The notes: generated from the letters alone by a model not told the origin. A stretch of 64,000 nucleotides of DNA from an uncultured Acidobacteriota bacterium (GCA_963702425.1 CAVPCQ010000009.1:15943-79942), one strand, 5' to 3'; shown: positions 1 through 11,327, counted from the first letter of the stretch. A program made the numbers and translations.

Positions 1-15
1 CAACCGTTCGCTCAT
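1..15 (-). CDS. 5' end of a gene running off the window (MSERL...)
   Basis: ATG at 15 overlaps the stop of the 12..467 ORF (ATGA) and has a GGAG Shine-Dalgarno motif upstream. Confidence 0.4.
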
Positions 16-467
16 GAGCTCTCCGTGGTCTTCGTTCCATTCTGCAGGGAGACGGGCCGGGCCCCGCTGCGCGCCAGCAGGCGCCGCACGGCGGGGCTGG
101 CCAGGGCCAGGCTGCGCGGGATGGCGAGCAGGTCGCAGGCCGCGCTGACGACGACGTCCTTCGTCGAGGGGAGTTCCAGCTCTTCGAGCGGGGGCACGAG
201 GGCGGGGAGGCCGCCGGACTCGACGCCGGGGAGGGAGGGGCCGGTGCCGCGCGAGCGGGCGGCCGGGTCCTCGAGCCGCAGCGCACCGCCGAGCAGCACG
301 AACAGGCCGGGCGGGAAGTGGCCCGCGTAGAGCAGGACCTGGCCTTCCGCGCCGGCGAGCCGGCTCACATCGGGGAGCCGAGACAGCTCGTCCAGCGCCG
401 TGCCGGCTTCGAGCCGGTCGGCACCCGGTGCGCTGCGCGCGCGCGGTCCCCGCGGGGTGGCTCTCAT
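12..467 (-). CDS. small protein with degenerate cyclic-nucleotide-binding (Crp effector-domain-like) fold
   Basis: GQVLLYAGHFPPGLFVLLGGALRL resembles cNMP-domain beta strands (G..l...G.....lyvi..G.v.l); no HTH. Confidence 0.55.
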   Translation of the reverse strand: MRATPRGPRARSAPGADRLEAGTALDELSRLPDVSRLAGAEGQVLLYAGHFPPGLFVLLGGALRLEDPAARSRGTGPSLPGVESGGLPALVPPLEELELPSTKDVVVSAACDLLAIPRSLALASPAVRRLLARSGARPVSLQNGTKTTESS

Positions 468-477
468 CGCGGGCGAA

Positions 478-483
478 AGTCTA
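478..483 (-). promoter_or_regulatory. -10 element TAGACT of the leftward promoter
   Basis: TAnnnT hexamer 10 nt upstream of ATG 467; geometry fits the FNR boxes. Confidence 0.55.
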
Positions 484-505
484 CCGGGCGGCGGCGCTGC
501 GCCTC

Positions 506-519
506 TTGAGCCGGGTCAG
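506..519. promoter_or_regulatory. degenerate FNR box TTGAG-CCGG-GTCAG
   Basis: matches TTGA-N6-TCA core; centred about -41.5 from the predicted leftward start site. Confidence 0.55.
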
Positions 520-527
520 GTCCCCGC

Positions 528-541
528 TTGATGAAGATCAA
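528..541. promoter_or_regulatory. perfect FNR/anaerobox TTGAT-GAAG-ATCAA
   Basis: exact TTGAT-N4-ATCAA consensus, AT-rich in a very GC-rich background, next to an FNR-family gene. Confidence 0.85.
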
Positions 542-555
542 GTCCCGGCCTCATC

Positions 556-1386
556 ATGGAGGCCTCCCGCCGCCCCTCTCCCGGATCCCCCGGGGGAGTG
601 GACGCCCGCGCGGGATGGCGGCGCTCGCTCCGGATGCCAAGGAAACCCAAGGGGATGCGGGCCGGCACCCCGCCGCTGAGGCCGACCGCGTGCCTCGCCT
701 GCGAGGCCCGCGGGACGACGGAATGGTGCGACCTGCCGGAGGACGACGTCCGGCTGCTCAGTCAGTCCAAGGTGAGCAACGCCTACCGGCCGGGGCAGGT
801 CGTCTTCTACCAGGGGCAGCCCTGTCTCGGCCTGCACTGCATCGAGTCCGGAACGGTTGCGCTGCGCAAGACGGACGCCCAGGGGGCCTCGGTCATCGCG
901 CGGCTGTTCCACGCCGGCCAGACGCTGGGCTACCTGGCCCACTTCGCACGCCGCCCCTACACCGGCACTGCCGAGGCGGTGACGGAGTGCCGGATCTGCT
1001 TCATCGACAAGGCGGCGGTGCGAACGATCGTGTCGCGCAACCCGGGGGTCGCGCAGCGCTTCCTCGGCCGGATCGCCGACAACCTCTCCGAGGCCGAGGA
1101 CGCGCGGCTCGCCGCCTCGACCCTGCCGCTGCGCTCGCGCCTGGCGGAGCTGCTGGTCGCGGTCCGCGATCGCTTCGGCGCGGCCGGCGAGGACGGGACG
1201 ATCACGCTCACGCTGCCGCTCTCGCGCCAGGACATCGCGGCGATGCTCGGCGCGCGGCCGGAGAGCCTATCGCGCGCGATCCGCGAGCTGTCCGACGCGG
1301 GGGTGGCGGTCTTCGACGGCCGCGACGTGACGATCCCCGACCTCGACGCGCTGATCGACGAAGCCGAGCAGGCGGGTGGGGGCTGA
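556..1386 (+). CDS. Crp/Fnr family regulator, FNR-like Fe-S oxygen sensor (true start may be 634 or 655)
   Basis: N-terminal CLAC-x8-C, further Cys in ECRICF, cNMP-like domain, HTH LSRQDIAAMLGARPESLSR. Confidence 0.9.
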   Translation: MEASRRPSPGSPGGVDARAGWRRSLRMPRKPKGMRAGTPPLRPTACLACEARGTTEWCDLPEDDVRLLSQSKVSNAYRPGQVVFYQGQPCLGLHCIESGTVALRKTDAQGASVIARLFHAGQTLGYLAHFARRPYTGTAEAVTECRICFIDKAAVRTIVSRNPGVAQRFLGRIADNLSEAEDARLAASTLPLRSRLAELLVAVRDRFGAAGEDGTITLTLPLSRQDIAAMLGARPESLSRAIRELSDAGVAVFDGRDVTIPDLDALIDEAEQAGGG

Positions 1387-1439
1387 CCAGAGCGCGGACG
1401 GCGACCGCACGAGTCGGCCGATCGGCCTGAAGATCCGAC

Positions 1440-2468
1440 CTACGGTTGCCGTCCCCGATGCGCCGCCCGCCGCAGCCGATCGTTGATCGCGTACCCGAGC
1501 CCCTCCTCGGACGGGAAGGTCTCGGCGACGATGGCCTCGAGCCCCGCTTCGTCGAGTTCGCGCAGCGCCGCAAAAAGGTGCCGCGCGGCCTCGACCGGGT
1601 CGGTCCCGAGCACTTCGACGGCCGCTGCACCGACCGGGACGGTTCCGCCGAAGAGCAGCACGCCGAAGCGCCCGGCAGGCGGCGTGAGCCACGGCCGGGG
1701 TTCCAGCAGGACCGGCGTCCGCGGCGCGTAGTGGCTCTCGAGCTGGCCCGGCGCGGTGACCGGACCGACCGAACGGCGCTCGCCGAGCGGGCCGTCCAGC
1801 GCGCCCTCCAGCTCCTCGCGACCGACCCCTCCCGGCCGCAGCACGGTCGCGCGTCCCGCCGGATCGATCTCGACCACCGTCGACTCGACCCCCACCTCGC
1901 ACGGCCCGCCGTCCAGCACGAGGCCGATCCGGTCGCCCAGTTCGGCGGCAACGTCGGCGGCCCGGGTCGGGCTGATCCGGCCGAAGCGGTTGGCGCTCGG
2001 TGCGGCCAGCGGCACGCCGACCGCGGCGATCAGCGCCTGCGCCACGGCGTGGCGCGGCGCGCGCACGGCGACTGTCGGCAGCCCCGCCGTGACGAGATCG
2101 GGAACGCGCGGCGTCTTCGGCAGCACGACCGTCAGCGGTCCGGGCCAGAAGGCGACGAAGAGCGCGTCGGCAGCGCGGCGCGCGTCGTCCCCCAGCGCCG
2201 CGGCGTCGACCAGCCCGAGTGCCGCCAGCGCCGCGACGGACCGCGCGTCGCCCGTCACGTGCACGATCAGCGGGTCGAAGCGCGGCCGTTCCTTCACCGC
2301 GAAGACCCGCGCCACCGCGCGCTCGTCGAAGCAGCAGGCAGCGAGCCCGTAGACCGTTTCGGTCGGCATCCCGACCGGCTCGCCGCGCGCCAGCGCCTCG
2401 ACCGCGAGGCGCAGCGCCTCGGGTGTCGGCGCCAGGATCCGCGCGCGCACGCCGGACTCGCCGTCCAC
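1440..2468 (-). CDS. sua5: L-threonylcarbamoyladenylate synthase (Sua5/TsaC2)
   Basis: PTETVYGLA, KERPRFDPLIVH, FWPGPLT, APSANRFG, GVESTV, PGQLESHYAP, AINDRLRRAA. Confidence 0.95.
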   Translation of the reverse strand: MDGESGVRARILAPTPEALRLAVEALARGEPVGMPTETVYGLAACCFDERAVARVFAVKERPRFDPLIVHVTGDARSVAALAALGLVDAAALGDDARRAADALFVAFWPGPLTVVLPKTPRVPDLVTAGLPTVAVRAPRHAVAQALIAAVGVPLAAPSANRFGRISPTRAADVAAELGDRIGLVLDGGPCEVGVESTVVEIDPAGRATVLRPGGVGREELEGALDGPLGERRSVGPVTAPGQLESHYAPRTPVLLEPRPWLTPPAGRFGVLLFGGTVPVGAAAVEVLGTDPVEAARHLFAALRELDEAGLEAIVAETFPSEEGLGYAINDRLRRAAHRGRQP

Positions 2469-2479
2469 GATCCCCCCGC

Positions 2480-4357
<1,878 letters not shown>

Positions 4358-4426
4358 CAGGGCCTCGGGCCGGCGGGCTGCCGCCGGACGGCGATTCTAG
4401 ACTCGGGGACCGGAAAGGGGACACTC

Positions 4427-5632
4427 GTGAGATTTCTTTACGAGCGCGAGCCGGTCCGGTGCGAGTGCGAGGCCGAGGTCGTCGAGACCGGCGAGCACGC
4501 GGGACGCCCCTTTGCCGTGCTCTCGGACACGATCTTCTACCCCGAGGGGGGCGGGCAGCCGGCCGACCGCGGGACGCTGGCCGGGATCCCGGTGCTCGAC
4601 GTCCAGCGCGTCGGGGAGGCGATCCGGCACACGCTCGAGCGGCCGGTCGCTCCCGGCCCGGCGCGGCTGGTGCTCGACTGGGCGCGGCGCTTCGATCACA
4701 TGCAGCAGCACACCGGGCAGCACCTGCTGAGCGCACTCGCCGACGATCGCTTCGGCTGGCGCACGACCGCCTTCCACCTCGGGCCGGTGGTTTCCGACGT
4801 CGAGCTCGACGTCGCCGCGCTCGCGGCGGGCCCCCGGCAAGCGCTCGAGGAGGCGGTCGCGGCCGAGGTCCGCGCGGCGCGGCCGGTCCGGGCCGTGCGC
4901 CTCTCGCGCGAGCAGTTCGAGGGGCTCTCATCCGTTCGCACGCGCGGGCTGCCCGAAGGGCACGCCGGCGACGTGCGGCTGATCGAGATCGACGGGATCG
5001 ACCTCAACACCTGCGGCGGGACCCACCTCGCGAGCACGGCGGAGATCGAGGCGCTGTCCCTGCTGGCCGCGGAGCCGATGCGCGGCGGGACGCGCGTTCA
5101 CTTCGTCGCCGGCGGGCGCGCGCGGCGGCGGCTCGGCGCGCACGAGGAGCGCAACGCGCGGCTGCGCGGGTTGCTCGGCGCGCCGGAGGAAGAGTTCGCG
5201 GCGGCCGTCGGCGCGAAGCTCGAGCAGCTCCGCGCTGCCGAGCGGCGCGTGCGGCATCTCGAGCAGGAGTTGGCCGAGGCCGCCGCGGCAGCGCTCATCG
5301 CGGCCGCGGCGATCACGGGAGAGCCGGTGGCGGCGTCGCACTTCGGCGAGCGGGACGCGGCGTTCCTCGGCGCGGTGGCGCGCGTGCTGTCGCAGGCGCC
5401 CGGCGCGACGGTCGCGCTGCTCACCGCCGGCCCTGAGCCGGCCGGCCCCTTCGTGCTCGTCGCCGGCACCGGTTTCGCGGGCGACCTGTCGGCTCTGGGC
5501 CGGATCGTCGCCGAGGGGCTCGCCGGGCGCGGCGGCGGCAGCGGGCGGATCGTCCAGGGCAAGGCGGAGCGGCTGGACGCGCGCGACGCGGTCCGGTCGG
5601 CGCTGCTGCGAGCACTGGGCGGCGCGCCGTGA
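4427..5632 (+). CDS. alanyl-tRNA editing protein (AlaX-L type, with C-terminal DHHA1)
   Basis: TIFYPEGGGQPADRG, HMQQHTGQHLLS, CGGTH, GRGGG; GTG start after GGAAAGGGG. Confidence 0.9.
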   Translation: MRFLYEREPVRCECEAEVVETGEHAGRPFAVLSDTIFYPEGGGQPADRGTLAGIPVLDVQRVGEAIRHTLERPVAPGPARLVLDWARRFDHMQQHTGQHLLSALADDRFGWRTTAFHLGPVVSDVELDVAALAAGPRQALEEAVAAEVRAARPVRAVRLSREQFEGLSSVRTRGLPEGHAGDVRLIEIDGIDLNTCGGTHLASTAEIEALSLLAAEPMRGGTRVHFVAGGRARRRLGAHEERNARLRGLLGAPEEEFAAAVGAKLEQLRAAERRVRHLEQELAEAAAAALIAAAAITGEPVAASHFGERDAAFLGAVARVLSQAPGATVALLTAGPEPAGPFVLVAGTGFAGDLSALGRIVAEGLAGRGGGSGRIVQGKAERLDARDAVRSALLRALGGAP

Positions 5633-6336
5633 GCGCGCCGCGGCTGCTGATCGTCGATCCCGCGCTCGAAGCACCCGAGGAGCGCGGCGAACAGGCGGTC
5701 GCGCGCGACTGGCCCGGCCCGGTCACGGTGCTGCGCCCGGCACTCGAGCCCGTGCACGGCCCCGGGCCCGGCCAGCCGTGCGACGCGGCGGCGATCGTGA
5801 TCATGGGCTCGGCGGCCTCGGTGCACGACGCGCCGGACCTCCGGCCGTGGCTGGGGCCGCTCGCGGCGTGGCTCGATCCGCTGCTCGCGCCGGACGGCCC
5901 GCGCGTGCCGCTGCTGGGGATCTGCTTCGGGCACCAGCTGGTCGCGCACCGCGCGGGCGGTGCGGTCGGCTTCCGGGTCGACCCCGCCGCGCGGCCCTTG
6001 CGCGCGATCGTGCCGACGCACCTCTCGGGATGCCGCCTGCTGCCGGGTGAGCAGGCGCTGACGGTCGTCGCCAGCCACCGCGAGGTCGTGACCCGGCCGC
6101 CCCCGGGCTGGCAGGTCGTCGGTCACCGGCCGGACGGGACGCTCGACGCCCTGCAGCACCCGCGGCTCCCGTTCTTCGCGGTGCAGTTCCACCCCGAGGC
6201 GGGTCCCGGGTTCCTCGCGCGCCGTGGGATCGTCCCGGACGGTGACGCCGCAACCAGCGCCGCGGCGGCCTTCGCCGACGGCGCCCGGCTGCTCGAGGCC
6301 TTTCGCCGTCACGCGCTGGCGGCGCGCTATCCTTAG
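5629..6336 (+). CDS. type 1 glutamine amidotransferase (GMP-synthase GATase-like)
   Basis: PLLGICFGHQL nucleophile elbow and VQFHPE; GTGA overlap with the upstream gene. Confidence 0.88.
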   Translation: MSAPRLLIVDPALEAPEERGEQAVARDWPGPVTVLRPALEPVHGPGPGQPCDAAAIVIMGSAASVHDAPDLRPWLGPLAAWLDPLLAPDGPRVPLLGICFGHQLVAHRAGGAVGFRVDPAARPLRAIVPTHLSGCRLLPGEQALTVVASHREVVTRPPPGWQVVGHRPDGTLDALQHPRLPFFAVQFHPEAGPGFLARRGIVPDGDAATSAAAAFADGARLLEAFRRHALAARYP

Positions 6337-6343
6337 CGCCGCG

Positions 6344-7267
6344 ATGGATCGCGATCGGAAGCTGAAGCTCGAGGATCGCGCGGCGGTGGCGGTCCTGCGC
6401 GCCGCGGGCGCGCTCCCGCTCCCGTTTGCCGGGCGGATCGGCGCGGCGGCGGGGCGTCTGCTTGCGCTGGCGCGGGGAAGCCGCCGCGTGCGCGTGGCGC
6501 AGGTCAACGTCGACCTCTGCTTTCCGGACCGCCCGGCCGCGTGGCGCCGCGACGTCGTCACGCGGAGCCTCGTCCACGATGGCCGCGCCGTGATGGAGGC
6601 GGCGATCGCCTGGACCCGCGAGCCGGGAGCGCTGACGCGCTACTTCCATCCCAGCACCCGCGAGGAGCTCCTCACCGGGACGCTCGCCGCGGGCCGCGGC
6701 GTGCTGCTGCTGGTGCCGCACATGGGAGCGTGGGAGGTCGTCAACCACTACCTGACCGCGCGCACGCCGATGACGATCATGTACCTTCCCAACGAGCGCC
6801 CCGGGCTTGACGCGCTGATCCACGGCGGGCGCAACCGGCTCGGCGCGACGATGGTCCCGGCCAACGAGCAGGGCGTACGCGCGGTGCTCCGGACGCTGCG
6901 CGCGGGGGGCGTGTCGGCGGTCCTGCCCGACCAGGTTCCGGACCCTTCGGGCGGCGTCTTCGCCCCGCTCTTCGGGCATTCGACTCTGACCGCGACGCTG
7001 GCCTCCAAGCTGGTGCGGGTCTCGAAGGCTGCGGCGATCACGATCCTCTGCCTGCGGGACGAGGACCGCCCGGGCTTCCACACGATCTTCCAGGCCGCGG
7101 ATCCGCTGGTCTACGACGACGATCTCGTGGCCTCGGTGACCGGGATCAACCGCACGGTCGAGGCCGCGATCGCGCTCGCGCCGCAGCAGTACCACTGGGC
7201 CTACCGCCGCTTCAAGCGCCCGCCGCCCGGCGAGCGCGACCCCTATGCCGGGACGCTCCCGAGCTAG
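6344..7267 (+). CDS. lipid A late acyltransferase (LpxL/HtrB family)
   Basis: HMGAWE (HX4E), LPDQ, APLFG, PQQYHWAYRRFK. Confidence 0.9.
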   Translation: MDRDRKLKLEDRAAVAVLRAAGALPLPFAGRIGAAAGRLLALARGSRRVRVAQVNVDLCFPDRPAAWRRDVVTRSLVHDGRAVMEAAIAWTREPGALTRYFHPSTREELLTGTLAAGRGVLLLVPHMGAWEVVNHYLTARTPMTIMYLPNERPGLDALIHGGRNRLGATMVPANEQGVRAVLRTLRAGGVSAVLPDQVPDPSGGVFAPLFGHSTLTATLASKLVRVSKAAAITILCLRDEDRPGFHTIFQAADPLVYDDDLVASVTGINRTVEAAIALAPQQYHWAYRRFKRPPPGERDPYAGTLPS

Positions 7268-8019
7268 CGCGGATCGGGCAGCAGCGCCAGGATCCGTGCC
7301 GGCGCGCCGGTTCCGCCGCGGATCGGCAGCGGCAGGGCAACGACGAGAAACCCCCGCGCCGGCAGCGCGTCGAGCCGCGCCAGGTTCTCGAAGACGACGA
7401 CGCCGCGCGGCAGGAGCGCACGGTGCGCCGCGAGGTCGGTCGAGTCGCCGGGGTCGATCCCGGCGGTGTCGATGCCGACCGCGGCGACGGCCCGCTCGAC
7501 CGCGAGCCAGCGCGCCGCCTCGCCGTCGAGGCCCGGGAAGGCGAGAGCCGCGGCGCCGGCTTCCGTGCGATCGGCCGTGCCGAGGTAGCGCGTCGCGTCG
7601 GGCCAGCGCGACGACCAGCCGGTTGCGACCAGCACGATCGAGCCCGCTCGCAGCGCGCCGTGCCGCGCCTCCCACTCCTCGAAGACGGCGCGCGTGACAC
7701 GGGCCCGCGGATCGTCGCCGAGCGCGCGGCGGGCGTCGACGCACGCTCCCTCCGCGACCAGTTGCTCGAGCGGCAGCGCGTCGATCGTCAGCCCCCCGGC
7801 GACGAGGTGCGCCGGCGCATCGACGTGCGTGCCGAAGTGCTCGGGAGAGGAGAAGCGGTGCGCGACGAGCCGTGTCCCGTCGGCGAGCTGCGCCTCCTCC
7901 GGCGCTCCGAGCCGGAACGGCGGCTCGCCGGGCCACGCGCAGCCGGCCGCATCGAGCGGGTGCGTCAGGTCGATCGCGCGGAAGCGGGGGAGGGGGGAGT
8001 CGGGCGGCTTCGCGGTCAT
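7264..8019 (-). CDS. cyclase family metallohydrolase (kynurenine formamidase-like)
   Basis: DLTHPL, EHFGTHVDAPAH, VGIDT, ENL, GGTGAPARILA. Confidence 0.9.
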   Translation of the reverse strand: MTAKPPDSPLPRFRAIDLTHPLDAAGCAWPGEPPFRLGAPEEAQLADGTRLVAHRFSSPEHFGTHVDAPAHLVAGGLTIDALPLEQLVAEGACVDARRALGDDPRARVTRAVFEEWEARHGALRAGSIVLVATGWSSRWPDATRYLGTADRTEAGAAALAFPGLDGEAARWLAVERAVAAVGIDTAGIDPGDSTDLAAHRALLPRGVVVFENLARLDALPARGFLVVALPLPIRGGTGAPARILALLPDPR

Positions 8020-8059
8020 GGCCGCTCATCGTAGCGCGGACGGCGTGCATAATGCGGGC

Positions 8060-9109
8060 ATGCCCACCTACCGCGTGATCGTCGAGTACGAGGGGACGCG
8101 CTACCGGGGCTGGCAGGAGCAGGAGAACGCGCGCACCGTCGGCGGTGAGCTGCGGCGTGCGCTCGCCCGCGTCGCCGGCCCGGTGCTCGACCTGGGCGCG
8201 TCGGGGCGCACCGACGCCGGCGTGCACGCCCTGGGGCAGGTGGCTCACCTGCGGCTCGGGCGCTCGATCGATGCCGGCGAGGTGCGGCGCCAGGTGAACG
8301 ACCTGCTGCCGACGGACATCGAGGTGCTGGCCCTCGAGCTGGCGCCGGAGCGGTTCCACGCGCGCCACGACGCACTGCTCCGGAGCTATGTCTACCAGCT
8401 GTCGCGACGCCGCACTGCCTTCGCCAAGCCGTTCGTCTGGTGGGTCAAGCGCCCGCTCGACACGGCGAGGCTGCAGGAGGCCTGGTCGATGCTCGTCGGG
8501 CGGCACGATTTCGCCCGCTTCTGCGAGCAGCCGGCGTCGCACCCGAGCACGGTCGTCGTCGTCGACCGCGCCGAGGTCGCCGAGGACGGCGATCTCGTGC
8601 TGCTGCGCCTCGTGGCCTCGCACTTCCTGTGGAAGATGGTGCGGCGCCTGATCGGGACCGTGGTCGAGGTCGGAGCGGGCGACCTGCCGTCCGACCTGTT
8701 CGGGCACCTGATCGCGGGCTATGAGTTGCCGGGGACGACGGGTGGACCCGCCGCGTGGACGGCCCCCCCGTCGGGCCTCTTCCTCGAGCGCGCGATCTAC
8801 CCCGGCGATCCGCCGCTGCCGGCGCTGGCCGCGATCACGCCCGTGCCGACGGCGCCGGTTGGCGCCTCCCCGCTGTCGATCAGGACAGCGAGCCGAGCCG
8901 GCTCACGACCTGCTCCCGGAAGAGAGCGTCGCGACGATAGATCCCGTGGCAGCGCCGGCAGACCGGCTGGGGCTGGCCCCCGAGATGTGGCTGGAGCGCC
9001 GCGCGGGAGCGCGCGGCCGCGGGACGGTGCTCCCCGCAAAGGGGGCACAGGAAGGCCGGGACCGCCGCGGCGTCCCCCAGGGCGTCCTCCGGGGCGTCCC
9101 GTTCGTTGA
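8060..9109 (+). CDS. truA: tRNA pseudouridine(38-40) synthase TruA with low-complexity C-terminal tail
   Basis: EYEGTRYRGWQ, SGRTDAGVHALGQVAH, FHARHDA, FLWKMVR, TAPPSGLFL. Confidence 0.93.
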   Translation: MPTYRVIVEYEGTRYRGWQEQENARTVGGELRRALARVAGPVLDLGASGRTDAGVHALGQVAHLRLGRSIDAGEVRRQVNDLLPTDIEVLALELAPERFHARHDALLRSYVYQLSRRRTAFAKPFVWWVKRPLDTARLQEAWSMLVGRHDFARFCEQPASHPSTVVVVDRAEVAEDGDLVLLRLVASHFLWKMVRRLIGTVVEVGAGDLPSDLFGHLIAGYELPGTTGGPAAWTAPPSGLFLERAIYPGDPPLPALAAITPVPTAPVGASPLSIRTASRAGSRPAPGRERRDDRSRGSAGRPAGAGPRDVAGAPRGSARPRDGAPRKGGTGRPGPPRRPPGRPPGRPVR

Positions 9110-11201
9110 GCGGGCACGAGGCGTCACCGAGCACGGTCGCCAGGGCCGCCGCCTGGGCCGGCGACGGGTGCGCCGCGAATCGACCGGGCCAGTTGCGCAC
9201 GAAAGCCTCGGCCTCGGGGCCGGCGGGGAAGGGCCGGCGGTCGTTCTCCGGCGCGGCGAGGCGGCGCGGTTGCTCCGGGCAGCGCGCTTCGCAGCGCGCG
9301 AGGCAGACGTCGAAGAGCAGCGACAGCGTGGCTCGGGTGAGGTCCTGGACCAGCCGCCCGAGGCCGGCATCGTGCGCGGGGGGCGACCAGCCGAGATCGT
9401 GCAGCAGGGCCTCGTAGTCGTCCCGCAGCTCGCCGGCGAGCGCGTCGCGAGCGGCGGCGTCGGCGGCGCGGATCGCGTCCCGGCCCGCGAGCCAGCGTGT
9501 CGCCACCCGCGTTCCCGCCTGCGCCAACGCGAACGCGGCGTCCTGCACGCGATCGTCGTGCGGCCGTTCGCGCGGCGGCAGGCGTGAGGCCCAGACCTCG
9601 AAGGCGCGCATCAGGATCCACGCCAGGTCGACGGCGAAGATCCGCGCCTTGGTCGGCCGGCGACGGCCGAGCATCATCCCCATCACGGCGGTCCGCGAGG
9701 GGACCTCGGAGTGCGGGGCCAGGAAGTAGTGCCCCGGGTGGAGGCTCTCCCGGACCAGCCGGCGCACGAGCGGGACATCGGCGAACTGCCCCCTCGCCAG
9801 CGCCCCGGTCACCGCCAGGGCCGTCGCCGCCTGTTCGCCCTCGCCGGCCGCGAGATGAGCGACCGCGTTGTGGGCCAGCAGACGCGTCAGGCGCCGTGCT
9901 TCACCCGCGCGCCGGAGCGCCTCGGCGGCGCAGGTCACCGTCGCCTCGTCCGGCGGCGCGCTGGGCCGGGGCCGCGCCAGCAGCCCGAGTCGAAACTCGT
10001 CGAGCACGTGCTCGCCGGCGTCGTAGCACCAGTCGGCGTAGCCCGGCGCGTCGAGCAACCGATCCGAGCGCGCGAGCAACGCGGCTGGCGCGGGCTCGGA
10101 CGGCGCGCGCGGCTCGGCCGAGCGCGGCGCCAGGTCGGCCAGCGGATCGAGCAGCCGGCGCGCCACGCTGTGATCGCGCGGCGCGGTGCGCCCGTCGCGC
10201 AGGTCGGCACGCTCGGCCTCGATCAGCATCGCCCACGCCGCGGGGACCGGGATCTCGAACAGCAGCGGCCCCTCAGCGGCCTCGTCGTGCACGGCCAGGC
10301 TGTCGTACCGTCCCACCTCGTGGCCCGCGAGCGAGAGCGCGTCGCGCACCCCGGCATCGAGACTGAGGAGGAAGAGCGCCGAACGCGGCCGCAGCCCCGG
10401 ACGCTGGAAGTCGAACCGCAGCGGGAAGACCCCCGTTCCGTCGCAGAAGCCGACCCGTGCGGACCACCCATCCGGAACGTGCAGCGGATCGGCCTCTGCG
10501 GCCAGCACGGCCAGCGCGCCGGTGATCAGGTCGCGCTCGTCGGACCCGCGCGGCACCACGCGCCGCAGGCCGGCGCGTGCGGCCGCGTGCGCGGTGCGGG
10601 CCAGCGCCTCCAGCAGGAAGAGCCGCAGCGCCGGGTCGCGTTCGACCTCCAGCAGCATCTCGAGCATCCCGGCGCGCGCCTCCGGATCGTGCAACTCGTC
10701 GTCCTGCAGCGCAATCCAGCCGGCGCGCTCATCGCGCGGGGCGAGCTGGTAGAGCCGGGCGAGCGGATAGCGCAGCGCCGGCTCCTCGGCGACGAAGCGG
10801 GCCTGCCAGCGCAGGACGAGCGCGGTGACGTCGTCGGCGCTGAGCAGGTCGGGCTGGTCGTGGCCGAGCAGCACCAGGGCGCACGCGACGCGCGCCGACT
10901 CGGGGGCGCCGGGGTCGTTGGCGACGGCGGCCAGCGCGGCGTCGTCCTCGCTCCGCGCGAGCCGCCCCAGCACCTCGAGCGCGGCGACCTCGTCCGCGAC
11001 GCGGCCCTCCCGGTGCAGGAGGAGGATCTGCCGCACGGCGAGGCTGCGGCGCTTCGACAGCTCCGAGAGGGCCCGGTCGAACTGCGCGCCGCTCCAAGCC
11101 GGGTGACGCATGAGATCGCCGAGCAGATTGCGCACCGCTCGCCGTGCCGCGAAGGGAGACTGATCGAGCCTCCCCGCGTCCCCACCCCCGACCCGACCCA
11201 T
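8880..11201 (-). CDS. large hypothetical protein: HEAT-like helical N-terminus, C-terminal CxxC...CxxC zinc-finger-like motif
   Basis: 773-aa ORF with normal composition; CPLC...CRRC at the C-terminus; TATTCT 7 nt before the ATG. Confidence 0.75.
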   Translation of the reverse strand: MGRVGGGDAGRLDQSPFAARRAVRNLLGDLMRHPAWSGAQFDRALSELSKRRSLAVRQILLLHREGRVADEVAALEVLGRLARSEDDAALAAVANDPGAPESARVACALVLLGHDQPDLLSADDVTALVLRWQARFVAEEPALRYPLARLYQLAPRDERAGWIALQDDELHDPEARAGMLEMLLEVERDPALRLFLLEALARTAHAAARAGLRRVVPRGSDERDLITGALAVLAAEADPLHVPDGWSARVGFCDGTGVFPLRFDFQRPGLRPRSALFLLSLDAGVRDALSLAGHEVGRYDSLAVHDEAAEGPLLFEIPVPAAWAMLIEAERADLRDGRTAPRDHSVARRLLDPLADLAPRSAEPRAPSEPAPAALLARSDRLLDAPGYADWCYDAGEHVLDEFRLGLLARPRPSAPPDEATVTCAAEALRRAGEARRLTRLLAHNAVAHLAAGEGEQAATALAVTGALARGQFADVPLVRRLVRESLHPGHYFLAPHSEVPSRTAVMGMMLGRRRPTKARIFAVDLAWILMRAFEVWASRLPPRERPHDDRVQDAAFALAQAGTRVATRWLAGRDAIRAADAAARDALAGELRDDYEALLHDLGWSPPAHDAGLGRLVQDLTRATLSLLFDVCLARCEARCPEQPRRLAAPENDRRPFPAGPEAEAFVRNWPGRFAAHPSPAQAAALATVLGDASCPLNERDAPEDALGDAAAVPAFLCPLCGEHRPAAARSRAALQPHLGGQPQPVCRRCHGIYRRDALFREQVVSRLGSLS

Positions 11202-11327
11202 GGGAGGGAGAATAGCCCCCCCGCGGCCGGTGCACCAACGCGAGCCAGCCGGCCCGGGCCGGTGGTAAAGTGACCGACCCGCGCCGGCGCTTCCCCCCGC
11301 TCGACCGGCGCCACGAGGTCGAACCCG

